Below, in pieces: positions 8,339-17,609 of a stretch of 41,327 nucleotides of DNA (position 1 is the stretch's first letter; the number at the start of each line of letters is the position of its first letter). Where the stretch lies: positions 1 to 41,327 of the IMG/VR virus record IMGVR_UViG_3300032893_000129. The stretch is one strand, 5' to 3'. Position numbers and translations under genes: made by a program. Below the pieces are notes generated by a model. That model had not been told where the DNA came from, did not search any database, and was given only the letters and a program-made list of their open reading frames with translations. Source of the DNA: a virus.

Positions 8339-8605
8339 TTGGATTTGAACATTAAAGAAAGACTTGATGGATTCTTCCGCCGGCGAAAGCTTGCGTATAT
8401 CAAGGTTTTCAATAAAGAGAACGTTTACACCGAGGAAGTTCTCGAAGATTTGGCAAAATTTTGCCGGGCCAACGATTCAGCATTTCATCCTGACTCGAGA
8501 GTGCACGCCGTCCTCGAGGGCCGCAGAGAAGTTTTTTTACGCATTCAATCCCACATAAATTTAACCACCGATCAGCTCTACAAGCTCTACGGTAAAGGAG
8601 ATTAG
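8339..8605 (+). CDS. Small conserved head-module protein
   Basis: TTG start with no in-frame ATG. It sits between the portal and scaffold genes. The 'EGRREVFLRI' segment resembles small proteins seen at this position in related head modules (from memory). Confidence 0.5.
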   Translation: MDLNIKERLDGFFRRRKLAYIKVFNKENVYTEEVLEDLAKFCRANDSAFHPDSRVHAVLEGRREVFLRIQSHINLTTDQLYKLYGKGD

Positions 8606-8607
8606 CC

Positions 8608-9465
8608 ATGTCAGTTGAAACGCCTCCCGGAACGCCTCCGCCAGCAGGAACTCCACCACCGGCAGGAACACCTCCGCCGGGTACGCCACCACCGGGTGAC
8701 ACTTGGGTGAGCAAATTCGACGATGAAACCAAAGGTTACATCGCGAATAAGGGTTTCAAGGAGCCGGGCGACCTTCTCCTCTCGTATCGCAATTTAGAAA
8801 AGCTCGTGGGTGCAGACCCTAATCACATCATCAAACTTCCGACGAAAGACGATGCGCCGGAATGGAATGGCGTGTGGGAACGCCTTGGCGTCCCGAAGGA
8901 AGCCAAAGAGTACACGACGGCATTTCCCAAAGAGATGGACCCAAAGATTGCTGAAAACACTCGTGCACTTTTCAAGGCTGCGGGGCTGACGAACAAACAA
9001 GCCGACGCGATTTTCAAAGGGTTCACTGAACAGCAAACGGTAGCCACTCAAGCAGCAGTCGAGGCGTACAACGCCAAGATCACGCAGGAAGATCTTTCTC
9101 TCAAGAAAGAATGGGGAGCGGCTTACCAGCAAAATATCGGCACGGCTCAAAAGGCCGCAAAGACTCTCGGATTTACGGCTGAAACGATTCAGGCCATTGA
9201 AAATTCGATTGGATTTGCCAAGACGATGCAGCTCTTCCAAGGTCTTGGATTGAAACTCGTCGAGGATTCCTTCCATCGCGATACGATGCCTGGCAGCGGG
9301 GGTTTTGGTGGAAAGCTCACTCCGGATCAGGCAAAGGCTAAGATCACGCAACTAAAGCAAGATTCGGATTTCGTGAAGCGTTACACGGCCGGCGATCGAA
9401 ACGCGCAGGCCGAGCTCCAAAGCCTTCATGAAATGGCCTATGTGGATGTGATGGACGCAAACTAG
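8608..9465 (+). CDS. Capsid scaffolding protein
   Basis: Lies between the portal and capsid genes. Pro-rich N-terminus, then a helical Lys/Glu-rich body ('LLSYRNLEKLVG'). Confidence 0.6.
   Translation: MSVETPPGTPPPAGTPPPAGTPPPGTPPPGDTWVSKFDDETKGYIANKGFKEPGDLLLSYRNLEKLVGADPNHIIKLPTKDDAPEWNGVWERLGVPKEAKEYTTAFPKEMDPKIAENTRALFKAAGLTNKQADAIFKGFTEQQTVATQAAVEAYNAKITQEDLSLKKEWGAAYQQNIGTAQKAAKTLGFTAETIQAIENSIGFAKTMQLFQGLGLKLVEDSFHRDTMPGSGGFGGKLTPDQAKAKITQLKQDSDFVKRYTAGDRNAQAELQSLHEMAYVDVMDAN
8620..8697 (+). repeat. Pro-rich tandem micro-repeat (PPGTPPPAGTPPPAGTPPPGTPPPG)
   Basis: Read directly from the sequence. It also generates the antisense Gly-rich shadow ORF 8409-8732. Confidence 0.8.
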
Positions 9466-9495
9466 ACTTGAATCGTCAACCTAGAAGGTGACACC

Positions 9496-9696
9496 ATGGA
9501 AACTAATGAGATTCGGCTTGAGTGCCTGCGGTTAGCGATATCAAAGAGCCCGGAACACGGGGAAGCCCTTAAAAGGGCAAAAGAGTACGTTGACTTTGTA
9601 GAAAATACTCAAGACGATACGAAGCAACCCAAGGCGCCGGAGACGGCGCCGAAAGTTGACAAAAAATCGGGCAACCTTTCTTCGCTCATGAAGTAG
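9496..9696 (+). CDS. Hypothetical small protein
   Basis: 66 aa. GAAGGTGA precedes the ATG, and the gene sits inside the head module. Confidence 0.5.
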   Translation: METNEIRLECLRLAISKSPEHGEALKRAKEYVDFVENTQDDTKQPKAPETAPKVDKKSGNLSSLMK

Positions 9697-9824
9697 GTCC
9701 GATTGACCGAGAGGGGAAAGTCCCTCTCTCTGGCCCAGAGTGCTCGGGTATGAAATGGCCCCAGGTCACGCTTGGATAAGCCTTTCGGAATTGTGTTCAA
9801 ACACTTTTTTGGAGGTTAGGCCAA

Positions 9825-10718
9825 GTGTCTATCAACATTCCAACATTCTATTCGCAACAGTACGCGACGAATATCGAACTGTTGCTCCAACAGATGGGAT
9901 CGAGATTCCGCGGTGCGGTCATGTCGAAATCCTACGTTGGTAAAGCTGCCCAGGTCGTTGACCAGATCGGCCAGGTTGCAGCTCAAAAAGTTATCGGTCG
10001 GTTTTCTCCGATGGGTCGCATCGACGCTCCCACGGATGCACGTTGGGTTTACCCGGTTGATTATGATCTTCCTCAGCTTGTCGACTCGTTCGATTTGCTC
10101 AAGATGATCGTCGATCCGAAGAGCTCCTTGGTGCAAAACGCCGTCTATGCAATGGGCCGTGCGCAAGATGACGAAATCATCGCTGCATTTCACGGGACGG
10201 CAAAGACGGGTTCTGACGGTTCGACTTCGACAACTTTGCCCTCGACTCAAGTCGTTGGCGTTGCGCAAGGTGCAGCGTCCGCGGTTGGCTTGACGGTTGC
10301 AAAGCTCCGCGAAGCAAAGCGCATCTTGATGGCAAACGAAGTGGATTTCGAAAGAGATCCGATCTACATCGGGGTGAAAGCTACTCAACACGACAATCTC
10401 TTGGCTGAGACGCAAGTCATCAACCTCGACTACAACGAAAAACCCGTTTTGGTCGAAGGCAAGATCACTCGCTTCCTTGGCATGGAGTTTATCCACAGCG
10501 AACGCTTGCTTTCGGGCACGGACGACGCTGCGGGTACGAGTGTCGCGGTTCCGGTGTGGGCGAAGTCGGGTATGCATCTTGGCTTGTGGGAAGACATTAA
10601 AACGTCGACCTCGATTCGAAATGATATCCAAGGCGAGCCGTTCCAGGCTTACTGCAAAGAGTCGATTGGCGCGACTCGCACGCAGGAAAAGAAAGTCGTC
10701 AAAATTTGGTGCCGGTAA
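9825..10718 (+). CDS. Major capsid protein
   Basis: GTG start after GGAGG (9811-9815). 297 aa, and 'QQYATNIELLLQQ..SRFR...VDQIG' is typical of a capsid family. It is followed by a decoration gene and a terminator. Confidence 0.8.
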   Translation: MSINIPTFYSQQYATNIELLLQQMGSRFRGAVMSKSYVGKAAQVVDQIGQVAAQKVIGRFSPMGRIDAPTDARWVYPVDYDLPQLVDSFDLLKMIVDPKSSLVQNAVYAMGRAQDDEIIAAFHGTAKTGSDGSTSTTLPSTQVVGVAQGAASAVGLTVAKLREAKRILMANEVDFERDPIYIGVKATQHDNLLAETQVINLDYNEKPVLVEGKITRFLGMEFIHSERLLSGTDDAAGTSVAVPVWAKSGMHLGLWEDIKTSTSIRNDIQGEPFQAYCKESIGATRTQEKKVVKIWCR

Positions 10719-10738
10719 TAGGCAGAAAGGATTAGAAA

Positions 10739-11230
10739 ATGTCTACAGCTAACACGAAATCCACTGCCATCACCAACGCGGACGCAAGTCCACGCGTAGC
10801 CAACAATAGCTTCTTCGCCGATGGCGAAGGTAGGTATTCCGTTGGTTATTGCGCGAAGCTTGCCGGCGACGGTAACAACAGTGTGTATCGTTTCTTCCGG
10901 GTTCCATCGAACGCGCGCATTCATAGCTTGTCGATGCTCTCCGATGCACTTGCGGGTGCGACGGCAGCAGACGTCGGTATCTATGATACGGCGGCAAATG
11001 GTGGAGCAGCAGTTGCTCAGCACGCTTATGCACAGGGCGTTGATATTCACCTCGGGTATACGACTCCGTCTAGCGTGTTTCAAAAGACCGCTGCAAATCT
11101 GGAAAAGCGCGTTTGGGAAGATGCCGGCCTTTCGGTCGACCCATTCAAAGAGTTTGATCTGTGTGTGACTCTCACCACCGCTGGCGGTGCTGCGGGTAAC
11201 ATCGGATTGATGCTCTCGTATACGCTCTAA
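10739..11230 (+). CDS. Capsid decoration / cement-like protein
   Basis: 163-aa beta-rich protein directly after the capsid gene, like the jelly-roll cement proteins of BPP-1-type heads. Confidence 0.5.
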   Translation: MSTANTKSTAITNADASPRVANNSFFADGEGRYSVGYCAKLAGDGNNSVYRFFRVPSNARIHSLSMLSDALAGATAADVGIYDTAANGGAAVAQHAYAQGVDIHLGYTTPSSVFQKTAANLEKRVWEDAGLSVDPFKEFDLCVTLTTAGGAAGNIGLMLSYTL

Positions 11231-11237
11231 CTTTAAA

Positions 11238-11264
11238 CGGGAGGCTTAACGGCCTCCCGCTTTT
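11238..11264 (+). terminator. Rho-independent terminator after the capsid and decoration genes
   Basis: Stem CGGGAGGC (11238-11245) pairs with GCCTCCCG (11252-11259), followed by CTTTT. Confidence 0.75.
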
Positions 11265-11283
11265 CCTTTGAGGAAATCAAGAC

Positions 11284-11508
11284 ATGGCAACAAGACTTTA
11301 TAGCTTGAACCCAGGCGATGTTCTCGAGAACATGACGGAAGCAGTTGGTCCGGCTACAACCACAAAGGCGATTGAGCTGAACGTGGATCTCTCCAATCTG
11401 ATCGTGACCGATGGGGCAACCACGCGAACGGTTACGAAGACCGAAGTCCTAATCGCGCTCGAGCTCTTCCAAGAGTACATTGTCCGAAGCAACTGGCCTC
11501 CGGCTTAA
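11284..11508 (+). CDS. Hypothetical head/neck protein
   Basis: 74 aa with GAGGAAATCAAGAC before the ATG. The assignment rests on position only. Confidence 0.5.
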   Translation: MATRLYSLNPGDVLENMTEAVGPATTTKAIELNVDLSNLIVTDGATTRTVTKTEVLIALELFQEYIVRSNWPPA

Positions 11509-11519
11509 AGGAGTGACGA

Positions 11520-11807
11520 ATGAACTCTTATCGAGTTGATATTCTCTCCAATGCGGGAGCTGGCAACGGGAGCCCGTTTGAATGGCGCGGCGGCCGCGGA
11601 GTGATGGTTACAGAGGCAACTTTCACTGGTGGCAGCGTGAAACTTCAAATGCAGGGACCGCAAGGCAACTGGATTGACGTTCCGAATGCTGAGGCGTTCA
11701 ATAACGACATTCTCAAGTTTGAACTTCCGCAAAGCCAAGTGCGCGCGGTAGTCTCGGCGGCAGGAGTAGCAGCAGCTTATTGCTCGCTGGTTAAAACCGG
11801 ATTTTAA
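11520..11807 (+). CDS. Hypothetical small beta-rich protein
   Basis: 95 aa with AAGGAG 8 nt upstream of the start. The assignment rests on position only. Confidence 0.5.
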   Translation: MNSYRVDILSNAGAGNGSPFEWRGGRGVMVTEATFTGGSVKLQMQGPQGNWIDVPNAEAFNNDILKFELPQSQVRAVVSAAGVAAAYCSLVKTGF

Positions 11808-11819
11808 TGGCGGGGAAAG

Positions 11820-12392
11820 ATGGCAAGCGATTTAGATATTTGCAATGCGGCACTGACCAAGGTTGGTGCCAATCAAATCACGAGCCGTACTGAAAATTCC
11901 GCCGGCGCGAAAGCAGTCAACGCGGTTTACGATCGAAAGCGAAAAGCTCTCCTTCGGAAACACCCTTGGAGCTTCGCGATCAAGCGCGCAAGCCTTGCAC
12001 AAGATGCAAACCCCCCGCTTTTTAATCGCACGTACCAATACCAACTTCCGAGTGATTGGTTAAGGCTCCTGGCGCCGGATCCAGAGGTCAACTTCAACGA
12101 TTGCGATTGGGAGATCGAAGGGCGATACATCATCACCAACTATCTGCCCCCACTTCAGATTCGCTACATTTGGGACGTCACGGACGTAAATCTCATGGAC
12201 GCTCTCTTCCAAGAGGCTTTGGCGACTGACATTGCGCTTGAGATTTGTGAAAAACTCACGCAATCGAACACCAAAAAGGCGGACTTGAAAGACGATTTGA
12301 AGGAAATCATCCAGGAAGCAAGACGGACGAATGCCATTGAAGTTGTGGCGCAAACTCCACCGGAAGACACCTTCATTACAGTGAGGCGATAA
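11820..12392 (+). CDS. Head-tail adaptor (T7 gp11-like tail tubular protein A)
   Basis: N-terminal 'DICNAALTKVGANQITS' and 'HPWSFA' motifs typical of podovirus adaptors. It immediately precedes the nozzle gene. Confidence 0.6.
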   Translation: MASDLDICNAALTKVGANQITSRTENSAGAKAVNAVYDRKRKALLRKHPWSFAIKRASLAQDANPPLFNRTYQYQLPSDWLRLLAPDPEVNFNDCDWEIEGRYIITNYLPPLQIRYIWDVTDVNLMDALFQEALATDIALEICEKLTQSNTKKADLKDDLKEIIQEARRTNAIEVVAQTPPEDTFITVRR

Positions 12393-12394
12393 CC

Positions 12395-15100
12395 ATGCCA
12401 AAGGTTTCCCCACTTCAGAGTAACTTTAACACAGGGGAAGTCTCCCCACTCCTCTATGGCAGAACGGACGCCGAACGGTATAAGGCTGCTCTTGGCACGA
12501 TGCTCAATTATGTGGCCACTCTTCAAGGGGCCGCGATTCGCCGTTCAGGTACGAAATTTGTCGACACGGTCAAAACGAGTGCCAATCAAACCCGCTTGAT
12601 CCCATTTCAATTTTCGCTCACGCAAAGCTATATGCTTGAGTTTGGCGCCGGCTACGTTCGCTTTTTTGCCAACGGCGCCATGATTTTGGCCGATCAAACC
12701 CTTCGCCAATATCAAGCAATCTACGATGAGGCTTTCCAGAATCGTTATGCGGTTCGCCCGATTAGTACGACCACTGATTTCAAGGAATATGCATCCGGTA
12801 CTTTTCCGATAGCTGGCACTACGATCAACGCCGGCAATCCAATGGAGCTTCAATCGCCGTACTTGCAAGCCGATCTTTTCCAGTTGAAGTTCGCTCAGAG
12901 TGCAGACGTTCTCTACATTACGCATCCGAACTATCCACTTTACAAACTTCAACGGTTTGCAAACGATTATTGGACCTTGCAGATGGTTCGAACGGTTGAT
13001 GGACCGTATTTGAATCCCGATAGCACGCTGATTTCTGGATTCATTCCTTCGGCAGTTGGAACCCAATACGGGATCATCACCCTTAAGACGACGATTGAGA
13101 ATACGATCACAGGAGCCGCAAACAATGGCAGCGGACTCATTCGGATCACTTCAACCAATCATCAACATCGGCCAGGCGACAAGATCGTCATTCTCGGAGT
13201 CAATGGCACCACGGAAGCAAACAACACGGTTGGAAATCCCTACTGGGTCATCGACAACGTTTCCGATGCAAACCACTTCGATTTGAGGGGATCCGCTTTT
13301 GTTCATGCCTACACTTCGGGAGGCTTGGCAAACCCTTATTTGTTCACGCCGGCCGATCTTGGTCGCTCAATTCGCATTCAAGATGGAACTAAGTGGGTTT
13401 GGGGTTTTATCACGACGGTCACTAACGGAGCCCACGTTCAATTCAAAATCATGTCGAGCCAAGTGTTTTCTAACACGACGCTCAAGACCGTTTTTCGTCT
13501 TGGTATCTACAAGGATGCAACCGGGATCACCACCGGGTTGACTGGCACGGGCCCGGGAGCCGCGGCGTTCTTTCAAGATAGGCTTTGGTTATCTGGCACT
13601 CCCGATTATCCGCAGCGTTTGGATGGAAGCGTTTCGAGCGATTATGAGAATTTCCAACCGTCAAACCGCGCAGATGGTACGGTTGCCGATTCCGATTCGT
13701 GCTCCTTTACGCTCAATGCTCAAGACGTAAATGCGATCCGGTGGTTAGCTTCTGAAGAAAAGGGCTTGCTTGCTGGCAGCTATTCTAGAGAGTGGGCTGT
13801 TCGCTCAGGCCAAAACGGAGATGCAATCACTCCGACCAATGTCAATGCAAGCTCCATGACCAATTGGGGATCTGCGGACGCGATGCCAGCACAAAATGGC
13901 AGGTCAACACTTTTCATTCAGCGCCAGGGCCGAAAGCTCCGCGAGCTCACGTACTTTTTCCAAGTCGACGGCTTCCGGGCAACTGACATGACGGAGCTCT
14001 CCGAGCACATTTCAATTCCAACTCTGACAACTCTTGCGGCCCAAAAGGAAACACAGCCGCTCATTTGGGCTTTGCGCTCCGATGGCGTTCTCGCGTGCAT
14101 GACCTATGATCGCGATGATACGAGCGTCAAAGTTGGATGGCACCGTCACATTCTTGGCGGCGTCTCTGATACTGCGGGAAGCGCTCCGATCGTTGAATCA
14201 ATTGCGGTTATCCCGTCAATCGACCTCTCTTTTGACCAACTTTGGATGATCGTTAAGCGATATATCAATGGCCAAACCGTTCGCACGATTGAGATTTTGG
14301 ATCGATTCTTCAACGATACGATGGATCAAGACGAGGCTTATTTTCTGGACTGTGGCGACACTTTTGACAATCCGGTTGCAATTTCAGGCGTCACGCAAGC
14401 AAGCCCCGCAGTTGTCACGGCAAATGGACATGGACTGGCAAACGGAAACCAAGTCCGGCTGACCGACATCATTGGTCCAACGGATCTCAATGATAAATTT
14501 TATAAGGTGCAAAACGTAACAACGAACACCTTTGAGATAGTTGACGTCAATGACGGGACAACCCCGATCGACACGACTGGAATGCCAGCCTACATCTCCG
14601 GCGGAAACGTCCGGAAGATGGTCACTACGATTTCCGGCATTGATTGGCTCGAGGGCGAGACGATCAGTGTCCTTGGTGACGGAGCTACCCATCCCGACGT
14701 TACGGTCAGTGGTGGGGCGATTACGCTGCAATACCCGATATCCAAAGCGTCATTTGGATACGCTTACAACTCAGATGGCCAGATGCTTCGATCCGATTCG
14801 GGTGCTGCGGATGGAACTGCGATCGGCAAGACTCGCCGGGTTCACCGGGTCGGATTCATGCTGCATCGCACAGGTGCGCTAAAAGTGGGCAAGAGCCTCA
14901 ACGAAGCCGATTTACAGCCCTTCGTTTTTCGCGAGCAAGGCGATGAGATGGGCCGAGCGACTCCCCTCTTCTCGGGGATTTTTTCAGAAGTGGTGGACTT
15001 CGACTACGACTTCGATAACTTGATCTCTTGGCGTCAGTCAGATCCCCTCCCTGGCATGATTCAATCCGTTAGCTGGATGATGGTGGAGCAAGACCGATGA
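12395..15100 (+). CDS. Tail nozzle (gp12-like tail tubular protein B)
   Basis: 901 aa. The N-terminus 'SPLQSNFNTGEVSPLLYGRTDAERYKAAL...RRSGTKFV' is a common podovirus tail-protein signature. Confidence 0.6.
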   Translation: MPKVSPLQSNFNTGEVSPLLYGRTDAERYKAALGTMLNYVATLQGAAIRRSGTKFVDTVKTSANQTRLIPFQFSLTQSYMLEFGAGYVRFFANGAMILADQTLRQYQAIYDEAFQNRYAVRPISTTTDFKEYASGTFPIAGTTINAGNPMELQSPYLQADLFQLKFAQSADVLYITHPNYPLYKLQRFANDYWTLQMVRTVDGPYLNPDSTLISGFIPSAVGTQYGIITLKTTIENTITGAANNGSGLIRITSTNHQHRPGDKIVILGVNGTTEANNTVGNPYWVIDNVSDANHFDLRGSAFVHAYTSGGLANPYLFTPADLGRSIRIQDGTKWVWGFITTVTNGAHVQFKIMSSQVFSNTTLKTVFRLGIYKDATGITTGLTGTGPGAAAFFQDRLWLSGTPDYPQRLDGSVSSDYENFQPSNRADGTVADSDSCSFTLNAQDVNAIRWLASEEKGLLAGSYSREWAVRSGQNGDAITPTNVNASSMTNWGSADAMPAQNGRSTLFIQRQGRKLRELTYFFQVDGFRATDMTELSEHISIPTLTTLAAQKETQPLIWALRSDGVLACMTYDRDDTSVKVGWHRHILGGVSDTAGSAPIVESIAVIPSIDLSFDQLWMIVKRYINGQTVRTIEILDRFFNDTMDQDEAYFLDCGDTFDNPVAISGVTQASPAVVTANGHGLANGNQVRLTDIIGPTDLNDKFYKVQNVTTNTFEIVDVNDGTTPIDTTGMPAYISGGNVRKMVTTISGIDWLEGETISVLGDGATHPDVTVSGGAITLQYPISKASFGYAYNSDGQMLRSDSGAADGTAIGKTRRVHRVGFMLHRTGALKVGKSLNEADLQPFVFREQGDEMGRATPLFSGIFSEVVDFDYDFDNLISWRQSDPLPGMIQSVSWMMVEQDR

Positions 15101-15537
15101 TCGAAATCGTAACTTTCAAGCGCGAACACTTAAAGCAAATGACCGAGCAACCAGCGATGGCCCATCTCCACAACTTCCTAACGGAAGTTCACTACCAAAT
15201 TATGGAAGATAGCCCATTCTCGCGAACGATTCTCTATGATGGGCGAGTCATCTTTTGCGGCGGGGTTGCTGAGGAATGGATGGGCCGTGGCACTTGCTGG
15301 GCGATCATCGATCAAGACTGCAAAAAAGAATTCGTAAGGGTTCACAAGATCGCACGAAAATTTCTTCACGAGTGCCCGGTTAACCGGATTGAGGCCGCGG
15401 TGCAGATTGGCTTTGAAGCTGGACATCGCTGGATCAAAGCTCTTGGCTTTCAATTGGAAGCTGCGGTCTTGAAAGCATACCTCCCCGGCGGCGCAGATGT
15501 GTCGCTTTATGCTTTGGTGAAAGGAACGGTGACGTAA
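15097..15537 (+). CDS. gp13-position internal virion protein with a GNAT-like C-terminus
   Basis: ATGA overlap with the nozzle gene. 'NRIEAAVQIGFEAGHRWIKALGFQLEAAVLKAYLPGGADVSLYALV' resembles a GNAT core. Confidence 0.55.
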   Translation: MIEIVTFKREHLKQMTEQPAMAHLHNFLTEVHYQIMEDSPFSRTILYDGRVIFCGGVAEEWMGRGTCWAIIDQDCKKEFVRVHKIARKFLHECPVNRIEAAVQIGFEAGHRWIKALGFQLEAAVLKAYLPGGADVSLYALVKGTVT

Positions 15538-16044
15538 ATGGCAGGAGCTGTAGCAGCTGGCGGTGGAGTTTCCGCAGTCGGCAACATCATCCAGGGCCAA
15601 GTTTCCAAAGGAATGGCCAATAGCCAGGCCGATATAGCGGATCAAAACGCAAATGAGGCAATGGCCAAGGCCGCAGTCGATGAACAGCGCCAACGGATTC
15701 GTTCGAGAATGGTCATTGGATCTGATCGAGCTGGGTATGGCGCCGCCGGCGTTTCGTCAGCCGAGGGCAGCGCTCTTGAAGTGCTCTCATCGAGTGCCGC
15801 GCAAGGCGAGTTTGATGCTCAGATGATTCGACACAACGGCGCGATTCAGGCGCTCAACTATCGAAACGAGTCCGCAATGCTCAGGTATCAAGGAAGACAG
15901 GCCGAAATCGGAAGTTTCTTTGGTGGAGCAAGTAGCCTTCTTTTGTCGGGTGCAAAGGGTCAACAGATGGGAACGAGTGACACGAGTGGTGGCGGATACG
16001 GAAGTGCTGGCGGATCTTATTCCGATTTTTCAAATGTTAGCTAG
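15538..16044 (+). CDS. Internal virion protein (gp14-like)
   Basis: Gly/Ala-rich 168-aa protein. 'GYGAAGVSSAEGSALEVL' is a pattern common in podovirus core proteins. Confidence 0.5.
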   Translation: MAGAVAAGGGVSAVGNIIQGQVSKGMANSQADIADQNANEAMAKAAVDEQRQRIRSRMVIGSDRAGYGAAGVSSAEGSALEVLSSSAAQGEFDAQMIRHNGAIQALNYRNESAMLRYQGRQAEIGSFFGGASSLLLSGAKGQQMGTSDTSGGGYGSAGGSYSDFSNVS

Positions 16045-16057
16045 TGGAGAGTGAGCT

Positions 16058-17608
16058 GTGCCAAAAATTCAACCATACCTCTCTGAGGAACAAGACACAG
16101 GCTTTAGACAAGCTCCGGGAGGAAATCCGCTTCAGCAAAACCCAGTTGCTCTTGGGCTTGAACGCTTTGGCAATTCGGTTGAGGACCTTGGGGTTGCGAT
16201 CAATACGCGCCAAACTCAAGATGAGATTTCTGATCTCTCACTAAAACTCTCACAGAAATTCTCTGATCAAAACGAGAAACTTGCCGATCAAGTGCAAAAG
16301 GGCACGCTCAATACTGACCAGTATGCCAGGGAAATGGCCGATGACTTCCAAGAAATTGGCGACGACGTTCAAACCCACGGCGGAAAAAGGTATTTCGCGA
16401 AACAATCGGCTATGATGCAGCGGCATCTCATGACGAAGATGGTTTCCGGCCAAGCCGAACTCGCCGGGGCCAAAGCCAAGGCAAACTATGTCGAAACAAG
16501 CAACGTTCGCGCAAACAATCTCATGCGCAATCCAGAAGATTTGCCGGTTGAACTCTCTTCCCTCGACACAGACGTAAACGAGCTTGTCGCAGGCGGCTTG
16601 GATTATTCGACCGCTCTTCAACTCCGCACTCAAACTCAATCGCATTTCACGAAGTCTGCCATTCAAGGCGTAATGCGATCAAACGACCAATTCGAAGGCC
16701 CTGGCGCCGGCGTCAACCGTGCAAAAGCTCTTCTTGATTCTGGCACTGCATTTGGCCAATCGATTGACCAGTTAATCTCCGCTGATACGAAAAAAGAACT
16801 CTATAGCGAAATCGATGCGACTAGGAACAAGAACCGAGTTGCAAAGAATTTGGCAGATCAGGCCGCGGCCAACGCTGCGGCCGACAAGCAAGACAAGATT
16901 TTGCTTGATCAAACCATTCCTCAAGCGGCGGCCGGCACGTTGACGCTCCAAGGAATTCAACAACAGATTCCCGATGATCCGAAACTCCAAGAGCATTGGC
17001 TTGATAAGTCCTATGAATGGGCGAAGAGGAAAAACGACGAAGGCGATCCCCGTGTAGAGATGGACATTCGCAACCGGATTTTCATGCCGCCTGATCAGCC
17101 GGGCTCGATCAGCTCGCTCGCACAACTCGAGAATGCAACCCGCGGAACCTATATCCCGGCACACCGCTACCAGCAGATGGTTTCTCTGCTCGAAAAAGAT
17201 ACGGTTAAGGGCCGAGCCCTCTATAACGGCCGTGCAGATTTCCACAAGCTTGCACTCTCTTTGATCCACACGGATCCGGTTTCTGGAACTGTAGATCCAA
17301 AGGGTCCGATTCTCTATCGCCAGGCAATGCAGCAAGCTGAAGCCGCGGAAGCCGATTTCGAAAAGAACGGGAAAAATCCACTCGATCTTTACGATGCCAC
17401 TAGCAAGGACTATCTTGGAAACAAGATCCAAGCCTTGCGCAGACCTTTTACTGAGGTTTTGCAAGAGCAAGCGGATTCGATGCGAAAGCAAGTTCAAGAA
17501 AATCCCGATGAGTGGGTGAACGTCATTCGAGTCAAGGATAACGTCACAGGCAAAGTGAAGCGCAGCCAGCTCAAAGGCCACGAAGATGAATATCAAGTGG
17601 TGAAGTAA
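16058..17608 (+). CDS. Internal virion protein (gp15-like)
   Basis: GTG start after GGAGAG. 516-aa helical protein lying between the gp14-like and gp16-like genes. Confidence 0.5.
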   Translation: MPKIQPYLSEEQDTGFRQAPGGNPLQQNPVALGLERFGNSVEDLGVAINTRQTQDEISDLSLKLSQKFSDQNEKLADQVQKGTLNTDQYAREMADDFQEIGDDVQTHGGKRYFAKQSAMMQRHLMTKMVSGQAELAGAKAKANYVETSNVRANNLMRNPEDLPVELSSLDTDVNELVAGGLDYSTALQLRTQTQSHFTKSAIQGVMRSNDQFEGPGAGVNRAKALLDSGTAFGQSIDQLISADTKKELYSEIDATRNKNRVAKNLADQAAANAAADKQDKILLDQTIPQAAAGTLTLQGIQQQIPDDPKLQEHWLDKSYEWAKRKNDEGDPRVEMDIRNRIFMPPDQPGSISSLAQLENATRGTYIPAHRYQQMVSLLEKDTVKGRALYNGRADFHKLALSLIHTDPVSGTVDPKGPILYRQAMQQAEAAEADFEKNGKNPLDLYDATSKDYLGNKIQALRRPFTEVLQEQADSMRKQVQENPDEWVNVIRVKDNVTGKVKRSQLKGHEDEYQVVK

Positions 17609-17609
17609 G

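Noticed and set aside
8409-8732. Minus-strand ORF with a (GGGVP)n repeat
   Set aside because: It is the mirror image of the Pro-rich PPGTPPPAG repeat of the scaffold gene. The Gly-rich repeat is a complement artefact.
9816-10631. 271-aa ORF on the minus strand opposite the capsid gene
   Set aside because: It lies entirely antisense to a motif-supported capsid CDS. The sequence is Arg/Cys-rich and implausible, typical of a shadow ORF. The same reasoning applies to 16772-17596(-), 8794-9351(-), 12545-13066(-), 15178-15693(-), 19992-20477(-), 24564-25100(-) and 26748-27350(-).
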